The notes below the pieces were generated by a model. The model had not been told where the DNA came from, did no database searches, and saw only the letters and a program-made list of their open reading frames with translations. The position numbers were made by a program, and so were the translations under genes. Shown piece after piece: positions 1 through 10,989 of a DNA stretch of 64,000 nucleotides (position 1 is the stretch's first letter; each line of letters starts with the position of its first letter). The stretch is from Macrostomum lignano (taxonomy: Eukaryota). The stretch is taken from assembly GCA_002269645.1 (NCBI GenBank), contig NIVC01000124.1:259443-323442 (forward strand), read 5' to 3'.

Positions 1-57
1 AGCCAGACTGACTGCCGCTAGAAGCAAACAGTTTAGCAGAAGAGATCTCCGCGTCAT
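1..57 (-). CDS. ACE: ACE-like peptidase M2 (ACE-A), 5' part of exon 1 (signal peptide); gene continues left of the window
   Basis: Reverse complement reads [19 protein letters not shown], nearly identical to exon 1 starts at 24718 and 42156. Confidence 0.85.
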   Translation of the reverse strand, partial: MTRRSLLLNCLLLAAVSLA

Positions 58-201
58 TACCTTCACTTTGAGAGGCAAATTTCACACACGAGTAAGAGAT
101 TTTCTGTTCCAACAACGCCATAATAGTTGGCTTTTAATTTCTGCGAATTTAGATAAACCTGGAAGGTTTTTGCTCGCAGCAGGCTATCTTGTACAATCAG
201 A

Positions 202-210
202 CCACGTGAC
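202..210. promoter_or_regulatory. E-box-like motif (CACGTG within CCACGTGAC) ~145 bp upstream of the ACE-A start
   Basis: Motif present at the same position in all three units; function not testable from sequence. Confidence 0.2.
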
Positions 211-274
211 TTGATTGCAGTGCGGCCTGAGGGTTACTGTGCAGCGTGCAGCCAAACTGCTAAGCCATTTGGAA

Positions 275-329
275 TCAGTCAGTCATTCAGTCAGTCAGTC
301 AGTCAGTCAGTCAGTCAGTCAGTCACTCA

Positions 330-365
<36 letters not shown>

Positions 366-1078
366 AGTCAGTCAGTCAGTCAGTCAGTCAGTCAGTCAGT
401 CAGTCAGTCAGTCAGTCAGTCAGTCAGTCAGTCAGTCAGTCAGTCAGTCAGTCAGTCACTCACTCACTCACTCACTCACTCACTCAAGTCAGTCGGTCAG
501 TCAGTCAGTCAGTCAGTCAGTCAGTCAGTCAGTCAGCCATTCAGTCAGTCAGTCAGTCAGTCAGTCAGTCAGTCAGTCAGTCAGTCAGTCAGTCAGTCAG
601 TCAGTCAGTCAGTCAGTCAGCCAGTCGGTCAGTCAGTCAGTCAGTCAGTCAGTCAGTCAGTCAGTCAGTCAGTCAGTCAGTCAGTCAGTCAGTCAGTCAG
701 TCAGACAGTCAGTCAGTCAGTCAGACAGTCAGTCAGACAGTCAGTCAGTCAGTCAGTCAGTCAGTCAGTCAGTCAGTCAGACAGTCAGTCAGTCAGTCAG
801 TCAGTCAGTCAGTCAGTCAGTCAGTCAGTCAGTCAGTCAGTCAGTCAGTCAGTCAGTCAGTCAGTCAGTCAGTCAGTCAGTCAGTCAGTCAGTCAGTCAG
901 TCAGTCAGCCAGTCAGCCAGTCAGTCAGTCAGACAAGTCAGTCAGTCAGTCAGTCAGACAGTCAGTCAGTCAGTCAGTCAGTCAGTCAGACAGTCAGTCA
1001 GACAGTCAGTCAGTCAGTCAGTCAGACAGTCAGTCAGTCAGTCAGACAGTCAGTCAGTCAGTCAGTCAGTCAGTCAGT
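275..1078. repeat. (CAGT)n tetranucleotide microsatellite between divergent ACE-A and ACE-B genes
   Basis: Direct reading; homologous arrays at ~24943-25163 and ~42374-42950. Confidence 0.97.
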
Positions 1079-1486
1079 TCATGAATCCATCAGAGAAATT
1101 CGGTGAAAGCTGATGCGGCACAAATATCCTCAATCCTATTTATTTACTTCATCATGGAGGCTGAACAGGCCATCAGGCTCCCGAATAGACCGCCAGTTTT
1201 CGGTCAGGAATGCATAACAGTTTTACAACTGCGCAAGTGAACTGCTGGGCCACTCCGAGCTGTTAGAGGCAGGTGTGAGTGGCGCATCAGGTTAATTGCT
1301 GCATGGGGGTTGGGGGCTGATTGCCAAACACATCTTCTTCAGCTCTTCATCTGGGAGGTGGTGTCCCAACTGCAAATGGAAAACGCAGAAAGCCCCCAAC
1401 AAAATGCCAAGAAGATAAAAAGGCAAAGTTTGAAAAATCAAGCAGAACAAGGGCTGTTTTGACCTGAATATCCCCTACACAAAAGC

Positions 1487-3067
1487 ATGCATTTTTTCAC
1501 TCCAATATGCCTGCTTTTGTTGGCTTCCACTGCTCTGTGCGGTCGCAGCAGAAATGAAACCGAAGCCAGAATTTGGCTGAAAGATTTCACTGAGATTTAC
1601 AGGAAATATCTGACAGCAATGCACGAAGCAGCTTGGACTGCTCAAGTAGGCTTGAGTCCTGGCAACCAGAGTGAGAAGGCCGAGAATTTGACGGATTACG
1701 GAGAATTCCGCCGCATGAAGCGATTAGAAATGGATAAGCTGTTTGATTGGCGCAATTTTCGGAATGAAACCTTGAGACGATTGTTCTCCAAGGCGGCCGA
1801 CATTGGCTTCTCTGTTCTGAACGATACGGAAAAACGAACGCTCGTGAGATCTCAGACTGTCATAAATCGTGTTGAAATTCCCGAGATTCCCTGCCCAAGA
1901 TTCCCCTCTTAAGATTCCCTTCCCGAGATTCAATACCAGAGATTCCCCTTCCCGAGATTCCCCTTCCTGAGATTCCCCTTCCCGAGATTCCCCTTCCCGA
2001 GATTCCCCTTCCCAAGATTCCCCTTCCCGAGATTCCCCTTCCCGAGATTCTCTTTCCCGAGATTCTCTTTCCCGAGATTTTCTTCCTGAGATTCTCTACC
2101 CAAGATTCCTCTCCCAAGATTCCTTACCAGAAATTCCCCTTTCTAAGATCCCTTAATGGAGATTCCCTACTCGAGATTCCCCTTCCCGAGATTCACCTTC
2201 CCGAGATTCCCCTTCTCGAGATTCTCCTTCCCAAGATTCCCCTTCCCGAGATTCCCCTTCCCGAGATTCTCTTTCCCGAGATTCTCTTTCCCGAGATTTT
2301 CTTCCTGAGATTCTCTACCCAAGATTCCTCTCCCAAGATTCCTTACCAGAAATTCCCCTTTCTAAGATCCCTTAATGGAGATTCCCTACTCGAGATTCCC
2401 CTTCCCGAGATTCACCTTCCCGAGATTCCCCTTCCCGAGATTCTCCTTCTTGAGATTCCCCTTTCCAAGATTCTCTTTCCCGAGATTCCCCTTCCCGAGA
2501 TTCACCTTCCCGAGATTCCCCTTCCCGAGATTCACCTTCCCGAGATTCCCCTTTCCAAGATTCTCTATCTCGAGATTCTTTTCCCAAGATTCTCTTCCCG
2601 AGGTTCCCTACCCAAGATTCCCCTCCAAGATTCTCTTCCCGAGAATTTCTTCCTTAGATTCCTTTCCTGAGATTCCCTACGCCAGATTCCCTACCCGAGA
2701 TTCCCTATTAGAAATTCCCCTTTCCGAAATTCCCTTAATGGAGATTCCCTAATTGAGATTCCCCTTCTCGAGATTCCCCTACTCGAGATTCCCCTTCCCG
2801 AGATTCCCCCTCCCGAGATTCCCCTTCCCGAGATTCCCCCTCCCGAGATTCACCTTCCCGAGATTTCCCCTCCCGAGATTCCCCTTCCCGAGATTCCCTC
2901 TCCCGAGATTCCCCTTCCCGAGATTCCTTTTCTTCCACCATTCCTATCAAAGCCGGTCAACCGCACGCATTTTCAGCGCAACAAGCTGATCTCCCAAATG
3001 TCAAATGTCTACCGATTGGCGACAGTTGAAGATCCAATCACGAAGCAAGAGATTCCTTATTCACCTA
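1487..3067 (+). pseudogene. ACE-B: exons 1-2 of a diverged ACE-like paralogue (exon 1 1487-1843, exon 2 2977-3067); no catalytic exons found downstream
   Basis: Signal peptide MHFFTPICLLLLASTALCG; FDWRNF..TLRRLFSKAADIG aligns with ACE-A exon 1; donor GTGAGA at 1844; 91-nt exon 2 ([30 protein letters not shown]) has the same length and phases (0 to 1) as ACE-A exon 2. Confidence 0.75.
1878..2935. repeat. ~15-bp minisatellite (CCCGAGATTCCCCTT family) filling ACE-B intron 1
   Basis: Direct reading; homologues ~25334-26023 and ~43764-45117. Confidence 0.95.
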
Positions 3068-3076
3068 GTAAGATAC

Positions 3077-3245
3077 TGTAAGATGGTTTGCTTAGTTGAT
3101 TGCGTGTGCGCACGTTCACTAGCTCTTATGTACATTTGCTCGCTGTACAATGATAATATATAAATGAATGCCTTGGCGCCCTGGGCAGCCAAGAGTCGGT
3201 CTACGCCTTAATTAAGCCAATTTCTCGTTTTCGCTTGTTCTTACA
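3077..3245 (+). repeat. 5' LTR (169 bp)
   Basis: Differs from the 3' LTR by one substitution and one 4-bp indel. Confidence 0.95.
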
Positions 3246-3246
3246 T

Positions 3247-3258
3247 TGGTGGCAGCGG
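3247..3258 (+). promoter_or_regulatory. Primer-binding site TGGTGGCAGCGG, probably tRNA-Leu
   Basis: 1 nt after the 5' LTR; complementary to the ..CCGCTGCCA-CCA 3' end I recall for animal tRNA-Leu(AAG/UAG). Confidence 0.7.
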
Positions 3259-3263
3259 CGGCT

Positions 3264-4106
3264 ATGACTGAAAATGAAGGCAGTGCAGAGAGCCCTACAG
3301 TGGCGGTGACTCAGCCCCAAGCTAGTTTTGTCAACATGTTTTTGCGGCCGCCTCAATACCAGCATGGACAAGACTTTGAACTTTGGCTGGCACGATTCAA
3401 CAATTTCGCATCATCTCTTCCTGTCGATCAGCGCAAGAATGCTCTGCTGTCATTCCTCGACGACAAATCATATCAAGCGGCCAACAATTTAGATGCTTCC
3501 CTGTCCTACGACGACTTTGAGAAGGCTCTGAAAAATCGATTTCGGCCATCAACATCCTCTGCTGAGCTGCAGGCGCAGTTCTTCAATCTGACTCAAAAGG
3601 ACGGTCAGTCGGTTGCAGACTATTCCGATGCCCTGATCGTTGCGGCAAAGCGTGCGTTCCCGAGTCTGATGGAGACGAAAGCAGGTGCCGAGCAGGAGAC
3701 GTCGGTGACAGCGAAGGACGAGCTTCTCAAAGGTCGGTTTCTATCCGGATTGAGGGACCCAGCTGTGCGAATGCAGACGCAGATGCAGGCAAAGGCGACA
3801 TTCGCTGATACAGTTGAAACAGCGCGATTCGTGGAATCGATACAGTCGCAAGGAGGCACTGCTACGGCTCTAGCTGCTGAGGTTCCCGAAGCCTTTGCAG
3901 TCGGAATTCAACGGTCCCTGAAGGAGCTGTCCAACAAGCTCAGCCGCTGGGAGTCAAAGGACCAGGATCATCGTCAGAGCGGCGACAGACGCAGAGTTGT
4001 GACATGCTGGAAGTGCGGTAAGCCGGGCCATGTTCAAAGATTTTGCACTCAGAAGTCGGGAAACTTCGATGGAGCGGCGACCGCCGGGGTGCCGTTCCGC
4101 AAGTGA
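3264..4106 (+). CDS. gag: Gag with CCHC zinc knuckle
   Basis: ATG at 3264; CWKCGKPGHVQRFC motif; open to TGA at 4106. Confidence 0.92.
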   Translation: MTENEGSAESPTVAVTQPQASFVNMFLRPPQYQHGQDFELWLARFNNFASSLPVDQRKNALLSFLDDKSYQAANNLDASLSYDDFEKALKNRFRPSTSSAELQAQFFNLTQKDGQSVADYSDALIVAAKRAFPSLMETKAGAEQETSVTAKDELLKGRFLSGLRDPAVRMQTQMQAKATFADTVETARFVESIQSQGGTATALAAEVPEAFAVGIQRSLKELSNKLSRWESKDQDHRQSGDRRRVVTCWKCGKPGHVQRFCTQKSGNFDGAATAGVPFRK

Positions 4107-7100
4107 GAATCCCGGCGCAACCAGTCGTAGAGGTGTCCTGCTCAGCCACTGGTGCCAACATGCTGGTAAACTGTCGCATCCTGCCAATGTGTGTCCCTGC
4201 CAGCTGTCTAGTTGACACTGGGTGTTCCCAGTCTTTGATGTCAAGTTCCCTGTTTCGCAAGCTGAATGAGAGGCTCCTGCCTTTGACGACTCCGGTGCAG
4301 TTGAAGCTGGCAGACGGTAACTATTTGGCTGCCTGTGGTTGGCAGGAAGTGCAGCTAAGTTTCGGTGTGGCAACGGTTCGACAAAGAGTTTTAGTTGTCG
4401 ACAATCTGGCCAAGGATTTTTTGCTGGGTGCAGATTTCCTGGCAAACTGTGGCTGCGTCATCGACTGCAATCGCCAAACGCTCACTGTGTGCGGTCAGCA
4501 AGTAAAAATGGAGTCATCGGCAGCAAGTAGCTGTGTATTCGCCGTTGAGGTAGCAGACAGGACAACCGTGCCCGCTGGTCACGAACTCGTCTTCCCAGCG
4601 AGATTGGCAAGTGAGTCAGATGCAGCTGTTGATGGTGAGTGCGGCATTTTTGAGCCTGATAATTCGAAGGACATCTCCACGGTCATGTGTGGAGCGCGCA
4701 GCCTCTCGGTGTTGCGAGGAGGACTCATCGCTGTTCACTATGTCAATACGGACACCAAGCCGCATACATTTTACCCCGGAACAAGACTGGGGACTTTTGA
4801 GCCGATGTCAGATGGTGCCGATGCAGAGTTGTCAATGCAAGTTGAGACAGTGAAAGGTCAAATCGCCGAGTATGTACCAAATGTGCACATTGATGAGAAA
4901 AATCTTACAGCCAATCAAGTTCAGTGTGTCAAAGATCTTCTGCATCAGTACCAGGATGTGTTCTCGAAAAGTCCAAACGACCTGGGCTGCACTTCACTCC
5001 TTGACCACAAAATTGACACCGGGTCGGCGAAACCTATCAGAGTGCCTCCTCGTAGATTGTCGCCGCCGAACCAGCGAGCTGTGTCAGAGATGGTCGAGCA
5101 GATGGTGAGAGACGACATCGTAGAGCCTTCGAATTCTCCGTGGTCGAGCCCGGTCATTCTGGTGAAGAAGAAGGACGGCAGTTTGCGCTTCGTGAACGAC
5201 TTCAGACTGCTCAACTCCGTGACCGTCAAAGACAGTCATCCACTGCCTCACACCAGCGATCTGATCGATGCTCTCGCAGGATCCACAATGTTCTCAACGC
5301 TCGATTTCACTAGCGGGTACACCCAGGTGATGCTGGACTCAGAGAGTCGCGCAAAAACAGCATTTCCTGCGCCACAAGGATTATTCCAGTACAAGAGACT
5401 ACCGCAAGGTGTGTGCAATGGTCCTGCCACGTTTTCAAGGCTGATGGAACTCGTTCTGAAGGGCCTCCGATGGGAAGTGTGCCTGTCATTTCTTGACGAC
5501 GTTGTCATCTTTTCGAAAGGATTCGAGGAGCATCTGCGGCGTCTTGAGCTTGTGTTGCAGAAATTCAGAACCGCTAACCTGAAGTTGAAGCCGACCAAGT
5601 GCCACTTGTGCTATCAGGAGATCTCATTTCTTGGCTTTCGAATCTCAAAAGATGGCGTGACCACTGACCCGGACAAGGTGAAAGCAGTGCAGGAGTGGCC
5701 AACGCCCGAAGATCGTTCAGAAGTGCGACAATTCCTGGGGTTATGTGGCTACTATCGTCATTTCGTTAAAAACTACAGTGAGATTGCTGAACCGCTGTAC
5801 AAGCTAACGCAAAAGGACGTGACCTTCAGCTGGACTCTCGAATGCTCAGCAGCATTTAATCGCCTAAAGCAGTGCCTTACTTCCAGCCCAGTCCTCATCA
5901 TGCCGACATTCGCAGAAGACGCTGAGTTCGTGCTGGATACCGATGCCTCTGGCGTGGCCATCTCCGGAGTTCTTCAAGAGCGCCGTGGTGGCAGGACGCA
6001 GGTGGTGGCGTACGGCAGTCGCATTCTGTCCAAAGCAGAGAGAAATTACTGCACAACGAGGCGTGAGCTGCTGGCAATTGTGCACTTCGTCGGTCACTAT
6101 CGCAGCTACTTGTTAGGAAAAAGATTCACACTACGTACTGATCACGCCTCGCTGATCCATCTTCTGTGCTTTCGAGATCCCGATGGTCAGCTGGCACGGT
6201 GGCTGGATAAGCTAAGCGAATTCGACTACCAGACGGAGTATCGCAAGGGCGAGAAACATGGAAATGCAGACGCACTTAGTCGGCGACCGTGTCGAAAAGG
6301 ACCTTGCCTGTGCAGTGGCTCTGCGCTCGCTGTCGAGTTCAATGACGACAGCGCGATTCGACGAGCACAGGCAGAGGATCGGTGCATGCAGAAGCTGGCG
6401 AACTGCTTGCGAGATGGGCAACCACCGGATAAGGCAGAGACGGACGGCTGGAGCAATCGGCAGCGGCAACTGCTGTCCGAGTTTAAGCGGCTGACACTGG
6501 TGAACGGACTGCTGTGCCGCCGATGGGAATCCGAAGATGGCAGCGCCTTTTGTCAGCAGCTGCTGGTGCCAGAGAGTCTACAGCGCGATGTTTTTGTCGA
6601 AGCTCATGCTGGAACGAGCGGCAGCCACTGCGGACCGCAGAAGACCATAGAAAAGATCAGGGCGCGACTCTACTGGCCTGGAATGACAGCAGATGTGACT
6701 GACTGGTGTGCTGCGTGCCTCGAATGCGCGACACTGAAAGATTCTGGCCAGCACAGGCGGGCACCTCTACAGAGCATGGCGGTCGGCAGCGTTGGCCAGC
6801 GACTGGAAATGGACTTCATGGTGGGCCTGCCGAGGACCGATCGTGGAAATTCAGTCATCCTGGTAGTCATCGACACCTTCAGCAAGTGGACTGAGGCCTT
6901 TCCACTGCCGTCTCAAGACGCTGAGACCACAGCCCGGACGTTTGTCAACGAGTGGGTGGCTCGCTTTGGAGTCCCGCAGTCGGTGCACACCGACCAGGGT
7001 CGGAACTGGGAGTCACAGCTGTTTCAAGAGACGATGCGGCTGCTGAAAATCGACAAGACTCGGACGACAGGCTACCACCCTGAAGGAGACGGCGGTTGCG

Positions 7101-8032
7101 AACGGATGAACCGGACACTGGTGCAGCTGCTGCGAGCATGGGTGAACGAGAATCAGCGAGACTGGGATCTTCATCTGCAGATTGCACTGATGGGCTACCG
7201 CACTTCAGTCCACAAGTCGACTGGTCAGACACCTTCGGCGATGCATTTCGGCCGGGAACTGCGACTACCACTGGACTTGGCATACGGAGGTCTGGCGCCG
7301 GATAGGCAACGTCCTTGTGAATAGGTGGCCGAGCTGCGGAGCCGGCTGCAGACATCGCACGAGAGGGCGCGACAAAACTTGGAGGCAGCGCAACTGCACC
7401 AGAAGGCAGCGTACGACAGGAGGTGCCACGGCGAGGCATTCAGCGAGAACGATCTGGTCTGGCTGCACAATCCGGCGCTGAAGCGAGGCGAGAGCCGAAA
7501 ATTTCATCGATGGTGGACTGGGCCATGGCGCGTTAAAAAGCAGATCTCAGACGTCACCTACCGCATTCAGCACGAGGCCAATGCACGACGGCGAAGGGTG
7601 GTGCATTTCAATCGCCTGAAGCCATGCAACACGGCCAGCTCAGCTGCAGCACCTCAATTGCAACCAGCGGCGCAACTGCACAATCCTGACGAGGACGACC
7701 TGAGATTTGACGGCATCCCAGCCGGCGCCCCATCCGGCGCCCCAGCCGGCGCCTCAGCCGGCGCCCCAGCCGGCGCCCCAGTCGGCGCCCCGGTCGGCGC
7801 CCCAGCCGGCGCCCCAGCCGGCGCCCAAGCCGGCGACCCAGCCGGCGCCCCAGCCGGCGACCCAGCCGGCGCCCCAGTCGGCGCCCCGGTCGGCGCCCCA
7901 GCCGGCACCCCAATCGGCGCCCCGGTCGGCGCCCCTGCTGATGTTCCAGAGCATCCAGAACAGCCTGTATTGCGCCGAAGTGAGAGGGCCCGTGCCCCGC
8001 CAGAATTTTTTGGTGAAGTGTATACTCATTGA
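4043..8032 (+). CDS. pol: Pol (aspartic protease, RT, RNase H, integrase) in the -1 frame relative to gag; one in-frame TAG at 7322-7324
   Basis: LVDTGCS (PR); LPQGVCNGPATF and FLDD (RT); DTDASG..RELLAIV..RTDH (RH); HHCC and D-D-E motifs plus WTGPW (IN). ORF 7325-8032 continues in the same frame. Confidence 0.93.
7717..7935 (+). repeat. 12-bp coding repeat (CCAGCCGGCGCC; GAPA tetrapeptide) in the Pol C-terminal tail
   Basis: Direct reading. Confidence 0.9.
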
Positions 8033-8212
8033 ATGCAGATTTTCTTAGATAGTTTTTTTTAAACATTGGCATTGCTTAAGTTCATTTTAATTTCCACTTT
8101 TATTTCCCTCAAATATTTATTCGTTCAAATATTCGATCAGAATTCGTCGAACTCATACTCGTAACTTTTTTTAACACAACGAAAAATGCAGAAAGTGAGT
8201 GGAACACTTTTT

Positions 8213-8225
8213 GAAAGAAGGAGAG
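8213..8225 (+). promoter_or_regulatory. Polypurine tract GAAAGAAGGAGAG
   Basis: 3 nt upstream of the 3' LTR. Confidence 0.8.
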
Positions 8226-8228
8226 CAT

Positions 8229-8393
8229 TGTAAGATGGTTTGCTTAGTTGATTGCGTGTGCGCACGTTCACTAGCTCTTATGTACATTTGCTCGCTGTAC
8301 AATGATAATATATAAGTGAATGCCTTGGCGCCCTGGGCAGCCAAGAGTCGGTCTACGCCTTAAGCCAATTTCTCGTTTTCGCTTGTTCTTACA
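8229..8393 (+). repeat. 3' LTR (165 bp)
   Basis: See 5' LTR. Confidence 0.95.
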
Positions 8394-8549
8394 ATACGAA
8401 TTCGTTAAGTAATAGAATATTTTTATATCTAATAATTAATGAATGCAGGTATTATGGACTCAGGTTAAGCATCGGAGGCTGCATAGGTACGAGTAGCCTA
8501 GAATTATTCTTAAAACACATAAGCCTTTACTAGCTTCAGAATTATCAAC

Positions 8550-10989
8550 GACTAGCTACTGAAGTATCAAGGATTAGCTACTGAAGTATCAAGGATTTGC
8601 TACTGAAGTATCAAGGACTAGCTACTGAAGTATCAAGGATTAGCTACTGAAGTATCAAGGATTTGCTACTGAAGTATCAAGGACTAGCTACTGAAGTATC
8701 AAGGACTAGCTACTGAAGTATCAAGGACTAGCTACTGAAGTATCAAGGACTAGCTACTGAAGTATCAAGGATTAGCTACTGAAGTATCAAGGACTAGCTA
8801 CTGAAGTATCAAGGATTAGCTACTGAAGTATCAAGGATTAGCTACTGAAGTATCAAGGATTAGCTACTGAAGTATCAAGGATTAGCTACTGAAGTATCAA
8901 GGACTAGCTACTGAAGTATCAAGGATTAGCTACTGAAGTATCAAGGATTTGCTACTGAAGTATCAAGGACTAGCTACTGAAGTATCAAGGATTTGCTACT
9001 AAAGTATCAAGGATTAGCTACTGAAGTATCAAGGATTAGCTACTGAAGTATCAAGGACTAGCTACTGAAGTATCAAGGACTAGCTACTGAAGTATCAAGG
9101 ACTAGCTACTGAAGTATCAAGGATTTGCTACTGAAGTATCAAGGACTAGCTACTGAAGTATCAAGGATTAGCTACTGAAGTATCAAGGACTAGCTACTGA
9201 AGTATCAAGGATTAGCTACTGAAGTATCAAGGACTAGCTACTGAAGTATCAAGGATTAGCTACTGAAGTATCAAAGATTAGCTACTGAAGTATCAAGGAC
9301 TAGCTACTGAAGTATCAAGGATTAGCTACTGAAGTATCAAGGACTAGCTACTGAAATATCAAGGATTAGCTATTAAAGTATCAAAGATTAGCTACTAAAG
9401 TATCAAGGATTAGCTACTGAAGTATCAAGGATTAGCTACTGAAGTATCAAGGACTAGCTACTGAAGTATCAAGGATTAGCTACTGAAGTATCAAGGATTA
9501 GCTACTGAAGTATCAAGGACTAGCTACTGAAGTATCAAGGATTAGCTACTGAAGTATCAAGGATTAGCTACTGAAGTATCAAGGACTAGCTACTGAAGTA
9601 TCAAGGATTAGCTACTGAAGTATCAAGGACTAGCTACTGAAGTATCAAGGACTAGCTACTGAAGTATCAAGGACTAGCTACTGAAGTATCAAGGATTTGC
9701 TACTGAAGTATCAAGGACTAGCTACTGAAGTATCAAGGATTAGCTACTGAAGTATCAAGGACTAGCTACTGAAGTATCAAGGACTAGCTACTGAAGTATC
9801 AAGGACTAGCTACTGAAGTATCAAGGATTTGCTACTGAAGTATCAAGGACTAGCTACTGAAGTATCAAGGATTAGCTACTGAAGTATCAAGGACTAGCTA
9901 CTGAAGTATCAAGGATTTGCTACTGAAGTATCAAGGACTAGCTACTGAAGTATCAAGGATTAGCTACTGAAGTATCAAGGATTAGCTACTGAAGTATCAA
10001 GGACTAGCTACTGAAGTATCAAGGACTAGCTACTGAAGTATCAAGGACTAGCTACTGAAGTATCAAGGACTAGCTACTGAAGTATCAAGGACTAGCTACT
10101 GAAGTATCAAGGATTAGCTACTGAAGTATCAAGAACTAGCTACTGAAGTATCAAGGATTAGCTACTGAAGTATCAAGGATTAGCTACTGAGGTATCAATG
10201 ATTAGCTACTGAAGTATCAAGAACTAGCTACTGAGGTATCAAGGATTAGCTACTGAAGTATCAAGAACTAGCTACTGAGGTATCAAGGATTAGCTACTGA
10301 AGTATCAAGGATTAGCTATTGAGGTATCAAAGATTAGCTACTGAAGTATCAAGGATTAGCTACTGAAGTATGAAGAACTAGCTACTGAAGTATCAAAGAT
10401 TAGCTACTGAAGTATCAAGGATTAGCTACTAAAGTATCAAGGATTAGCTACTGAAGTATCAAGAACTAGCTACTGAAGTATCAAGAACTAGCTACTGAAG
10501 TATCAAGGATTAGCTACTGAAGTATCAAGGATTAGCTACTAAGGTATCAAGGATTAGCTACTGAAGTATCAAGGATTAGCTACTGAAGTATCAAGGATTA
10601 GCTATTGAGGTATCAAAGATTAGCTACTGAAGTATCAAGGATTAGCTACTGAGGTATCAATGATTAGCTACTGAAGTATCAAGGATTAGCTACTGAAGTA
10701 TCAAGAACTAGCTACTTAAGTATCAAAGATTAGCTACTGAAGTATCAAGGATTAGCTACTGAAGTATCAAGGATTTGCTATTGAGGTATCAAAGATTAGC
10801 TACTGAAGTATCAAGGATTAGCTACTGAGGTATCAATGATTAGCTACTGAAGTATCAAGGATTAGCTACTGAAGTATCAAGAACTAGCTACTGAAGTATC
10901 AAGGATTAGCTACTGAAGTATCAAGGATTAGCTACTGAGGTATCAAGGATTAGCTACTGAAGTATCAAGGATTAGCTACTGAGGTATCA
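8550..10989. repeat. 22-bp minisatellite TAGCTACTGAAGTATCAAGGA(T/C), ~110 copies
   Basis: Direct reading; unit-2 homologue ~26319-27483 (~53 copies); absent from unit 3. Confidence 0.97.

Larger units (their letters stand above)
3077..8393 (+). mobile_element. Ty3/Gypsy LTR retrotransposon, full length (5317 bp)
   Basis: TG..CA LTRs at 3077-3245 and 8229-8393; 4-bp TSD ATAC (3073-3076 / 8394-8397); empty site with a single ATAC at ~26163-26166; gag plus PR-RT-RH-IN domain order. Confidence 0.97.

Noticed and set aside
211-1113. Long ORFs of SQSV, VCLS/DRQT, GNLGK/RFPFP, SHSLSLHH, ASQILSCW, MMCQIMER and poly-L/V repeats throughout the window
   Set aside because: They are translations of stop-free tandem repeats, open in several frames and strands, with unit lengths often not multiples of 3; several lie inside demonstrated introns.
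7322-7324. Programmed stop-codon readthrough, or a separate env-like ORF at 7325-8032
   Set aside because: The downstream sequence is the normal integrase C-terminus in the same frame; there is no signal peptide or TM, and no evident readthrough context.
4339-7507. Short ORFs overlapping gag/pol, ACE exons and Polinton genes on other frames or strands
   Set aside because: Shadow ORFs of real coding sequence with no independent motifs.
8449-8488. Candidate ACE-B exon 3
   Set aside because: Stops after 6 codons in the required phase and has no ACE similarity in any frame.
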